From: Mesotaenium endlicherianum
Lineage: Eukaryota
Length of the DNA stretch: 64,000 nucleotides
NCBI GenBank assembly: GCA_009602735.1
Contig: WELA01000805.1
Coordinates: 156,879 to 220,878, forward strand
Direction: 5' to 3'
Shown here: in pieces, positions 24,328 to 33,853 of the stretch
Layout: each line of letters starts with the position of its first letter
Position numbering within the stretch: position 1 is the stretch's first letter
Notes under the pieces: model-generated
Database searches by the model: none
Seen by the model: the letters and a program-made list of their open reading frames with translations, nothing else
What the model was told of the DNA's origin: nothing
Program-made: the position numbers and the translations under genes

Positions 24328-26315
24328 TGAAATTAATCGACTTACCAAATAGACGATTAACAATTAATGAAGATCTTTATATCAGCAAGTAATCCTTATG
24401 GTGTTTTCTGTTAATTGATTAAACAGCGAAGGACAACACACTAGCAATAGACAACACTTCGCAAGTCAAATGCAAGTAAACTAGCATCAATAATGCAATC
24501 AGTAAACTCGTACCTAAGCAAGGCTGGAAGACAATGCGTGTCAATGGCTTCTTGCCTTGGATTTAGATCTCTCTCAATAAGCTGTACAAGAGAGTTGGCC
24601 TCGTTTCCAAATGCCAAACTCGAGAGCAATCCTAGCATATGTACATGGAATGAGTTTACTGTTCAACTGCAAGTGCAATGGCACCGCCTACCAGGGAATT
24701 AACCACGTTGGTAGGACCTCGGTTAACCAAATCCACCGCCATCTCCCATCATTCTGAATCGTCATCCATCCTAGGGATGTCATCTGGCCTTTCATCTAGC
24801 ACACCACACTTGGTTGCAGATTTAGGCATCTTGCTGCTACCGAGTACGGAAGTCAGCTGGCTGTTAAAAAATGTGTCAGCAAGCTGACCTGAGCTGACTT
24901 CAGCCTGCTGCTCCCGGCTGAGTCATTAAATTGATTATTTACTAAAGTCCAGCGAACTCAATCTTGACTAAAGCTCAGCAGGCTGAACTTATTCAACTAT
25001 TCTATATAATGAATATTATATGGACAAATATAGTGATTCATTATAATCCCTCCAACTTAACAGGTTGTCGCCTCGACAACACTGACACTGGGTACATGGG
25101 TTTTCCCAACTAAAAGTACTGATCTCCCTCTCATACAGCGTGCTAAGCCCTTGGCCCTCTGCCCCTAGAAGGGTGATGTCCCTGGGGCTCTATGGTCAGG
25201 GGAGTCAGACCTCCTCCTGTCTTGGGGTCTCCTAAAGCCTGGGGGATCCGCGTAGGGACCGCGCGGAGAACGCAGAAACTGTGTTGTTTCCTCCTGCACG
25301 GTCTAGAACTGAATGGAGGCCGCCTTCTTTTGGGCAGCCCTCAAACTGACTGGTACATATACCGACATCCTAAAAGGATGTTGCATGACATGAGCCAAGG
25401 GCACATGCCCTCTCTGCGAGGGAGATGCTGGCAGGCCTCTGGCTATTTCTCTAACAGCCCTCCTGTCTGCCCTGTCTGACTGGGTCTCCATGCCTGGAGA
25501 TGGGCTCTGTCCTCTGGCAGTTCCCAGCCAAGTGATATCTTCCTCTTCAGCGAGCTGATGCAGGGCCAACCCAGTCTTCTCCCTTACAGGGGATGTGGCA
25601 GGTGTCAGGATCACAGCGGGGCTAGTGTCCTCCTCCTCGCCTTCCTCTTCTTCTTCCTCTGACCCCTCCTCCTCTCCGTCCCCTGGTTCCTCTGAGACTG
25701 CTGGGGTCTCTTCTGTCAGCTGCTCCAGCTCTTCCCGAGAAAAAGAATATCCCACTGACCTTCCCCTTTTGGGTGCTGGTGGGGGCTGCTGAGTCCAGAT
25801 TGCACACAGATCCTTTTCCTCCTGCTTGCTTGCCCATTTGGCATAAGCGTGCTTCCCTTTAGAGAATGACTCTCGGGCCCTGCTCCTATCGTCCTGCATT
25901 TCTTGGCTCATGCAGTCTCTTACTCCATTCAATCTTGGGTCCCAAGCTGCAATGTGAGGAGGCAATACTATGTTCCCCTTTAGGTCTGTTAGGAAATCCT
26001 CATTGTAGTGATTTGAGTTATTATATATTAGTTCGCATATATTTTAATGTTTTCAAATATATTTGGAGTAGTATTGTGTGGAGTCAAGTGTGAATAGGTA
26101 CTCTAGTAACTTGGTTCATGTCCTTTGAACCTTCCAAGGCATTTTCGAAGTTAGAGGAAAGACCTAGAAGAACTCCATGTGGCAAAAGTCAGATGTGCCA
26201 TTTTTAGGTCAAAAGGACATGTGTACATTATTCTAGAAAGAGGTGGCAAGTTTTGGGATGTGTTGGGTGCCAACACATCAACATACACCTTCCTAGAAAT
26301 TACTTATGTAGCAAG

Positions 26316-26323
26316 TATATAAA
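26316..26323 (+). promoter_or_regulatory. Candidate TATA box of the family C LTR
   Basis: TATATAAA at the same offset in all five C LTRs. Confidence 0.6.
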
Positions 26324-26543
26324 CAAGAGCTAGAACATAGAAAGACATTCCAGAATCACTCTTGTACTTGCCAAAATCCAGAAATATATTAACTTTCAAG
26401 AAGCCATCTCTCTTTCAAGAAGCTACCACTTGTGTTCAAAGATCCTTGTCTTGAATAGATAAAGTATTCTGTTTTACTAAGTACTTTATCTATCTGTTTC
26501 ACTACAGTGGTATCGGAGCTAGGCACTTTGGTAGCACAAGAAG

Positions 26544-27824
26544 ATGGCCGATCCTCAAGACCAACAGCAAGCTTTCGAAGGAAGCCCTTCCTCTCCAAGA
26601 CACCCTCCTCCAGCGCCGATGGGAGAGCCCACTCAAGAAAATCTGCAACAACAAGAAGCACCACAAGGAGGAGCACACCCTCCTCCAGCGTCGATGGGAG
26701 AGCCTACTCAAGGAAATCTGCAACAACAAGAAGCACCACAAGGAGGAGCACCGTCAAATCCCGTGGCAGCCGCTATAGCAAAGTTGACCCCACCACAAGG
26801 AGTTCCCGCAAATGAGTGGGCAGCCTTCCTAATGACCGTCCACAACCAAGTGGGCTTGGCCACCTATGAAGCAACCGTGCAAGCGTCAAGAGAAGCTATG
26901 GCTGCCATGGTTGCCCCTATTGCGAGCAATGCTCAAAATCCAGCCCCGGCTCAAGCGCCTCCACAAGAGCCAACGAGAGCAAGGAAACTCATCAAGCCCG
27001 GCAAACCCGACACTTTCAACCCCGGGAAAGGTGCCAACCTGAATTTATGGCTCTACCAAGTGGAGACGTACCTCGCGTTCCTTGAAGTACCCGAGGAGGA
27101 CTACGTTCCCTTTGCCGTTACCTTACTTAGAGGAGCAGCAACATCATGGTGGCGTAACTATCAAGCGGCTATATATCAAGCTATGGCGCACCCCATGCTC
27201 GGCCAAGAGCCCCCACCATCATATGCAAGATGGGCAGATTTTCGTGAGGCCCTCAAGAAGCAATTCATGCCCATCAATGCGGAGAAGATTGCCCGAGGAA
27301 AGCTCCACCATCTCAAGCAAACGACGTCCGTTCAAGAGTATACATCCAGATTTCACGCCCTCACTCTTGAGATCCCCAACATGTCTCTCGAGGAGAAGAT
27401 TGACCGTTACATCTTTGGCCTCAAACCCAAGGTGGCAAAGGAAGTGGAGTTACGCGACTTGACGGACTTCTCAAAGATCATTGAAGTGGCCCAAAAGGTG
27501 GATACCTTGGATTTCAAGCACTCCGTGCCTTCATCTTCACGGGTACCGACGACGCGGGTGTACGCAGCCCCTTCCACATCCGAATCTGGACCCACACCCA
27601 TGGAAATCGGAGTTATTAAAAGGGACCCCGCGGCTGCCCGGAAGAGTGGAAGACCCTCCAATGACACTTATGATGCAAGAAACCAGCAAGGAGTGAAAGC
27701 AAGACTCTCCCCGGCTGAAAAAGAAGCTCTCATGACGGCTGGACTATGCTTCTATTGCAAGGAAAAGGGCCATCGTGCACTTTCATGCCCCAAAAAGTTG
27801 TCAAAAAACGGACAGCGCCGGTAG
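26544..27824 (+). CDS. gag: Gag of C3
   Basis: 426 aa; gag motif and CCHC knuckle. Confidence 0.97.
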   Translation: MADPQDQQQAFEGSPSSPRHPPPAPMGEPTQENLQQQEAPQGGAHPPPASMGEPTQGNLQQQEAPQGGAPSNPVAAAIAKLTPPQGVPANEWAAFLMTVHNQVGLATYEATVQASREAMAAMVAPIASNAQNPAPAQAPPQEPTRARKLIKPGKPDTFNPGKGANLNLWLYQVETYLAFLEVPEEDYVPFAVTLLRGAATSWWRNYQAAIYQAMAHPMLGQEPPPSYARWADFREALKKQFMPINAEKIARGKLHHLKQTTSVQEYTSRFHALTLEIPNMSLEEKIDRYIFGLKPKVAKEVELRDLTDFSKIIEVAQKVDTLDFKHSVPSSSRVPTTRVYAAPSTSESGPTPMEIGVIKRDPAAARKSGRPSNDTYDARNQQGVKARLSPAEKEALMTAGLCFYCKEKGHRALSCPKKLSKNGQRR

Positions 27825-30800
27825 GCCAGGAGCCTACCACCCCAAGACCCACTTCACGAGAAGGCAACACGCCAAGTGAGGTGGAGACCCCCGTTGAAGA
27901 CGACGTTCCAGCCCCAATGAGTTTGAGAGGTTACCTTGGAGGAGAGAAGGTCCACATCTTGGTGGATAGCGGAGCTCAAGGCAACTTCATTGCTGCAGAT
28001 TTTGCCACCAAGCACGGTATTACTATGCGAACTCTTGACCACGACGAGGAGATTATGATGCCCGATGGATTCTCCTATACTACCCCTTCCAAGAAGACGT
28101 ACCCCTTGGCACTCTCTATCAAGTCCTTCAAGGATAGAGTAGTGTTCTCCCCCATGCAATTGGGCAAGTACGACGTCATCCTAGGGACGCCTTGGTTGAC
28201 CAAGCACAACCCCCAAGTTGATTGGAGGACCGGTACTATCAAGATCAAGAATGACATCACTTCAAGAATCTGTATTTTGCGCGCAATCCAGAATATCCAG
28301 ACCCAAGACATCCAGAAGCCGGCACACGAGATACTATTGTCCGCCCTCCAACTCAAGAGACTTGTGAGGAAGGGACACGAGCTTCTTTTGGCCTTGATCA
28401 CGCCAAAAGACATCAAGAAAGACATCGAGAGTCAAGAAGGCAGCCCCGTTCCCAAGGAGATACAAGAAGTCTTTGAGGACTACAAAGAAGTGTTCTCCCC
28501 GGAATTGCCCAAGGGCCTACCCCCCAAAAGATTCGTAGACCACAAGATAGAGTTGGAGCCCGGAAGCAAGCCCATCTCTCGGCCTACGTTCAAAATGTCA
28601 TACACGGAGCTAGACGAAGTCAAGAAGCAAATCAAGGAGCTACTGGAGCATGGCTTCATTCGACCTAGCAAGTCGCCATTTGGAGCCCCGGTGCTATTTG
28701 TCAAGAAGAAAGATGGTACCTTGAGGATGTGTGTGGACTATCGCGCCCTCAACAAGATCACCATCAAGAATCGATACCCGCTGCCGCGCATGGATGAGCT
28801 CATGGACCGGCTGGTTGGAGCCAAGTACTTCACGAAGATTGACTTACGGAGCGGCTACCACCAGATTCGCATCGCAGAACCGGACATAGAGAAGACGGCA
28901 TTCAGGACAAGATATGGACATTTTGAGTTCATGGTCCTGCCATTTGGACTCACCAACGCGCCAGCAACTTTCATGACTATGATGAACACCATATTTCAGC
29001 CCATGTTGGACAGATTTGTGGTGGTATTCATCGATGACATCCTTATCTACAGCAAGACCCTTGAAGAGCATGCGAGACACTTGAAAGAAGTCCTTGAAGT
29101 ATTGAAGCAAAACAAGCTGTTTGCGAAGGAGTCAAAATGCGAGTTTGCCAAACAAGAAGTGGAGTTCCTAGGTCTCCACGTGACTGCTGATGGCATCAAG
29201 ATAGACCCCAAGAAGACCACGGTGGTGGAGGAATGGCCAACCCCCACGACCAAGAAAGAACTCCAGTCATTCTTGGGATTTGCCAATTGGTACAGAAAAT
29301 TCATCCAAGGCTTCTCGCACATAGCAGCCCCCCTGACAGATCTACTCAAGAAGGACAGGCTATATACATGGACCGAGAAAGAGGAAGAGGCATTTCAAGA
29401 GTTAAAGCGAAGATTGACCACATCCCCGGTGCTCACACTCCCAAGTCCAAACCCAGATTGGCCCTTCCACGTCATCACCGATGCATCTTCCTATGCAATA
29501 GGAGCAATCCTGCTTCAAGACCAAGGCAAGGGACTGCAGCCCATCGCCTACGAGTCAAGGAAGCTAAATCCAGCCGAGCAAAATTATACAACCACGGAGC
29601 GAGAGGCATTGGCGATTGTACATGCCTTGAAGGTTTGGCGCTGCTACGTTGAAGGACGCAAAGTACTGGTCACCACGGACCACGAGGCGTTAAAGCACCT
29701 CCAGACGCAGCCGTATCTCTCAAGGAGACAAGCAAGATGGAGCGGATACTTGCAACAATACAACATCACGATTCAGTACCAGCCCGGCAAGACAAACCCG
29801 GCTGACCCCCTCTCAAGACTGCAATTAAATGCAGTGATGGTATCCCTGAAGACAGATCTGGAAGCTCGATTTTCAGCCGCCTATGAAAGAGACCCTTACT
29901 ACAAGAACGGAGAAGCAGCCTTGGACCCATGCAAGAAGCAAGAAGGCAATTATTGGGTGAGGCAAGATACGGGCCAGAGATGTGTTCCTAATGACTTAGA
30001 CCTCCGGCTCTTGCTTCTACGAGAAGCACACGACAACCCTCTTGGAGGACACTTTGGAATCCTAAGGACCACGGGCGTTCTAGCTAGGACTTATTGTTGG
30101 CCAGGCATGTCTAAGCAAGTCAAGGAGTACTGCAGGAGCTGTGACACATGCCAAAGAATCAAGCCATCATCGCAAAAGGCGGGAGGACTCCTCCAACCAC
30201 TACCAATCCCCGAAAGACAATGGACGGACATCTCAATGGACCTTATCGTGGACTTGCCCGTGACACCTCGAGGCCATAATGCAATACTCACGGTGGTGGA
30301 CAGACTTACCAAGATGGCTCATTTTATTCCCACGACGACTAAGGCTACAGCACCACAACTTGCAAGACTCATCTTTGACAACATCTTCCGACTCCATGGA
30401 CTACCATCAAGAATTGTGTCAGATAGAGATCCAAGATTCACAAGCCATTTCTGGAAAAATCTCTTCAAGAACTTGGGTACATCGCTGGATATGTCTACTG
30501 CCTACCACCCACAATCAGATGGGCAAACCGAGCGTATGAATCGTACCCTAAAGACCTCTCTAAAGGCCTACGTGTCTACCCTCGAGCAAGACTGGGACAT
30601 GTACTTGACCCCCCTCGAGTTTGCCTACAACAACACTACGCAGGCCTCTACCCAAGAGTCCCCATTCTTCCTCAACTATGGCTTCCATCCGACCACGCCA
30701 CTGAGCTTCACGGCTGGCCATGATGAAGTACCTGCAGCCACAGATTTTATGGAGACATTAGAAGCAGCCCTTACAGCAGCGAAGAAAGCTCTACAACACG

Positions 30801-31411
30801 CGCAAGATGCTCAAGCAAGAGTGGCGAACAGATCCAGAAGAGAAATTACGTACAGAGTGGGTGACAACGTGTTACTATCATCCAAGAACATTTCCCTGAA
30901 CAACAGGCCTGCCGGCAGCAAGTTCTCTCCCAAGTATTTGGGACCCTTCAAGATTATCCAGCAAGTCAACCCCGTTGCTTTCAAGCTAGAACTTCCCCAG
31001 ACTATGCACATCGACCCCGTATTCCACGCTTCCCTCTTCAAGCCATATGTGCAACCCGACAACAAGTTCCCAGGACGTGTGACAACCCCACCAGCCCCAA
31101 CAATAGTGGATGATCATTTGGAGTACGAAGTGGAAGACATAGTGGCTATGAGAAATTTCAGGAGACAGCAGCAATACTTGATCAAGTGGAAAGGATATCC
31201 AGATTCGGAGAATAGTTGGGTGGCGGCGCACTACCTTGACAAAGTTCAGAGAAAGTTGAAGCGCTTCCATGCCGCCAACCCCCATCTTGGACCAGCCCCA
31301 AGTCTCTCTACTAGAAGCCCGAAGACTTCAGGGAGGCAGCCTGCCACCATCAAGAAGCAGCAGAAGACCCCTTGGAGGCAGCCTGCAAGAACAAGAAAGA
31401 GGAAAAATTGA
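27746..31411 (+). CDS. pol: Pol polyprotein of C3 (PR-RT-RH-IN-chromodomain), in the -1 frame relative to gag
   Basis: 1221-aa open frame with all catalytic motifs; overlaps the end of gag. Confidence 0.97.
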   Translation: MLLLQGKGPSCTFMPQKVVKKRTAPVGQEPTTPRPTSREGNTPSEVETPVEDDVPAPMSLRGYLGGEKVHILVDSGAQGNFIAADFATKHGITMRTLDHDEEIMMPDGFSYTTPSKKTYPLALSIKSFKDRVVFSPMQLGKYDVILGTPWLTKHNPQVDWRTGTIKIKNDITSRICILRAIQNIQTQDIQKPAHEILLSALQLKRLVRKGHELLLALITPKDIKKDIESQEGSPVPKEIQEVFEDYKEVFSPELPKGLPPKRFVDHKIELEPGSKPISRPTFKMSYTELDEVKKQIKELLEHGFIRPSKSPFGAPVLFVKKKDGTLRMCVDYRALNKITIKNRYPLPRMDELMDRLVGAKYFTKIDLRSGYHQIRIAEPDIEKTAFRTRYGHFEFMVLPFGLTNAPATFMTMMNTIFQPMLDRFVVVFIDDILIYSKTLEEHARHLKEVLEVLKQNKLFAKESKCEFAKQEVEFLGLHVTADGIKIDPKKTTVVEEWPTPTTKKELQSFLGFANWYRKFIQGFSHIAAPLTDLLKKDRLYTWTEKEEEAFQELKRRLTTSPVLTLPSPNPDWPFHVITDASSYAIGAILLQDQGKGLQPIAYESRKLNPAEQNYTTTEREALAIVHALKVWRCYVEGRKVLVTTDHEALKHLQTQPYLSRRQARWSGYLQQYNITIQYQPGKTNPADPLSRLQLNAVMVSLKTDLEARFSAAYERDPYYKNGEAALDPCKKQEGNYWVRQDTGQRCVPNDLDLRLLLLREAHDNPLGGHFGILRTTGVLARTYCWPGMSKQVKEYCRSCDTCQRIKPSSQKAGGLLQPLPIPERQWTDISMDLIVDLPVTPRGHNAILTVVDRLTKMAHFIPTTTKATAPQLARLIFDNIFRLHGLPSRIVSDRDPRFTSHFWKNLFKNLGTSLDMSTAYHPQSDGQTERMNRTLKTSLKAYVSTLEQDWDMYLTPLEFAYNNTTQASTQESPFFLNYGFHPTTPLSFTAGHDEVPAATDFMETLEAALTAAKKALQHAQDAQARVANRSRREITYRVGDNVLLSSKNISLNNRPAGSKFSPKYLGPFKIIQQVNPVAFKLELPQTMHIDPVFHASLFKPYVQPDNKFPGRVTTPPAPTIVDDHLEYEVEDIVAMRNFRRQQQYLIKWKGYPDSENSWVAAHYLDKVQRKLKRFHAANPHLGPAPSLSTRSPKTSGRQPATIKKQQKTPWRQPARTRKRKN
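27803..27838 (+). promoter_or_regulatory. Putative -1 programmed ribosomal frameshift signal
   Basis: Slippery heptamer A AAA AAC (27803-27809) in the gag frame, followed by hairpin GGTAGGC-CAGGA-GCCTACC (27820-27838). Confidence 0.8.
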
Positions 31412-33853
31412 CATTAGACACTCTTCTCTTCTCGCAGTTTCTGGACAGAAAACTAAAACTGCTACTGGTAATAGGTCTCTGCATAATAAATTCTGAAAAT
31501 TTACCTGGCTGTAGTCCATGAGTAGCCGGTCATTTAGAGTCCAAGTTTGCTCAATTTGGAGCACTGGTGAGAGAGATATGATGCTCTAAGTAGAAGGGGG
31601 TCAGGCTGCTGGCATTGTTAGGACAGAATATGCCTTCTGACATTGTGCCTTCCCCTGAACTTGGAATGCTCTGAAACTCAAGACTCTGGTAGAACATCTT
31701 ACAGCGCCCAGTTTGAGACTTAGTTTGCAGAATTTGGAGAAGTATAGAAGGACTTATGATTTTCAGAAGTTTCTGCACAGATTTGGAGGAGTGCCTACTC
31801 TCTCAGCTCTCAACGACACTCCAGAAATGAGAATGCTCTCAAATTTGGTGACCCGGTAGAGTTCTCCGACGCGGTCCGTCTGGCACTCGAATTTTCAGAT
31901 TTGGAGCAGTTCTGTGGCCGCTATGAATTTTTGAGTTCGTGGCAGATTCTGGGCCAACTTGTACAATTTTCTTTATCATTAAGGAGTAGGCTAGCCAATA
32001 AGGTCACACCACCTACGACCTTGCCTAGTCTACCTTACATGTGTAGCACCTGACTTGGCGCCTTTGACTAGTCCTCTTCACATGTGTGGCATCTGACTTG
32101 AAACTGTTGACTAGTTTGCTCCACATGTGTAAGACCTGACTTGACGCGCCGAGACGTCGCTTTTTCTATCGGGGGGGTGATGTAGTGATTTGAGTTATTA
32201 TATATTAGTTTGCATATATTTTAATGTTTTCAAATATATTTGGAGTAGTATTGTGTGGAGTCAAGTGTGAATAGGTACTCTAGTAACTTGGTTCATGTCC
32301 TTTGAACCTTCCAAGGCATTTTCGAAGTTAGAGGAAAGACCTAGAAGAACTCCATGTGGCAAAAGTCAGATGTGCCATTTTTAGGTCAAAAGGACATGTG
32401 TACATTATTCTAGAAAGAGGTGGCAAGTTTTGGGATGTGTTGGGTGCCAACACATCAACATACACCTTCCTAGAAATTACTTATGTAGCAAGTATATAAA
32501 CAAGAGCTAGAACATAGAAAGACATTGGAGAATCACTCTTGTACTTGCCAAAATCCAGAAATATATTAACTTTCAAGAAGCCATCTCTCTTTCAAGAAGC
32601 TACCACTTGTGTTCAAAGATCCTTGTCTTGAATAGATAAAGTATTCTGTTTTACTAAGTACTTTATCTATCTGTTTCACTACACTCATCCTTCGCCTTGT
32701 CATTCTGCTGATCCCTCATGTTGATGGTCATCCACCGCCAATCGGTGGGCTTCTGGAAGAAGGCAGGGTCTGTCCTTTTCAGAGTACAAGGGTACCAGTG
32801 CCCTGCAAAGTCCAGCTGACTAGTTTCCCTGGCCAAGAATTCCCAGCTCCTTCTCTCCACCTCATTATACATGGCCTTGAACCTGTTATGGGGTGTTGAG
32901 TCCTTGAAGCTGTTCGCGTCCATGGGGATCATCCTGATGACCCTATCTTCCCCCCAAATACCAGGAATCAAGACAGCCCCTGCTTCGTTCACCTAGGCCA
33001 TTGCCTTGGCCTCTCTGACCGTATATCCTACCATCTTGGCGTAATCGTGGTAGAGGAGGAGCCCTGTGCTGACCTCTATACACTTGTCAAAGTTTTCGGA
33101 TGTCTCCCCTTTCCTCTGCAGGATGTCAATCTGCGACTCACTGAGACTTCTCTGGGCATACTTAAAGGTCTCCTCCAGTAGATCAAAGCCCTTGCCCAGC
33201 ACTGTGTAGCGGTAGCTGCTGATTCTCCTGTGCTCTTCTTCAGCCTGCTGCTTCCGCCTCTCCTCAGCTTGCCTCTCCTCCTCTGCTTTCTTGGCCTCCT
33301 CTGCAGCTTTTTTGTCCAGTTCTTCGTGCCTCAGTCTGGCCTGTTCCTCCTCCTCCTTCTTCTTCTGTGCCTCCCGCTGTTATTGGAGTCGTTGTGATTC
33401 CCGAGCGGAGATGGAGGATGATTCTATGTTGCCACGGAATTGCAAGTATTCTGCATGTGCCTCTTCCGCTCTTCTCTTCCTCTTAAGTTCCAACTTCTGA
33501 GTCATTTTGCTCAATCGTAAACACAATGCCGTCAGTGAAGTCATGACATTTTGCCGCTACTAAGTGCCCTTGATGAAGAGGAACGCGATAGGGAGAGTTT
33601 CTAGTGTGTAATCTCTGGTGTGAGTGAATATAAGAGAGAATTGAGTTAGAGAGAAAGTGAGTGTGAGCGCAGGTTGAGTGTGGAATATGGTTATCAAAAT
33701 TTGTCTGGCTGATCTCGAGAAAGAACACCACTCCCTCCAACTTAATTTTAAAGGTGGGCTACCTGTCACACTTGTCACTAATTGTCACATTCCCCGCCAA
33801 ATTATATGGAAACAGGACCTCCTGTCACCTTTCCATGTCTACTGAAATGACAG

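Larger units (their letters stand above)
26004..32683 (+). mobile_element. Complete, intact, young family C chromovirus (C3)
   Basis: LTRs 26004-26506 and 32181-32683 (503 bp; I see 3 differences). Perfect TSD CTCAT. PBS TGGTATCGGAGCT at 26508-26520. PPT GGGGGGGTGA at 32171-32180. Gag and pol are open. Confidence 0.99.
25165..33505 (-). pseudogene. ORF3 of family B: ~550-codon accessory protein of unknown function, split by C3
   Basis: Excising 26004-32683 plus one TSD copy gives a single frame from ATG 33505 (MTQKLELKRKRR) to stop 25165-25167, with three internal stops. Homologous pieces lie at 41809-42049 (-) and 40618-40963 (+). Confidence 0.85.

Noticed and set aside
25165..33505. ORF3 as an envelope gene
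   Set aside because: No hydrophobic signal or transmembrane segment is visible, and the protein is highly charged.
33790..33802. E2F-like site TTTGGCGGGGAA upstream of ORF3
   Set aside because: The equivalent position in B-minus2 is the PPT-like copy, so this is more likely a decayed version of that motif.
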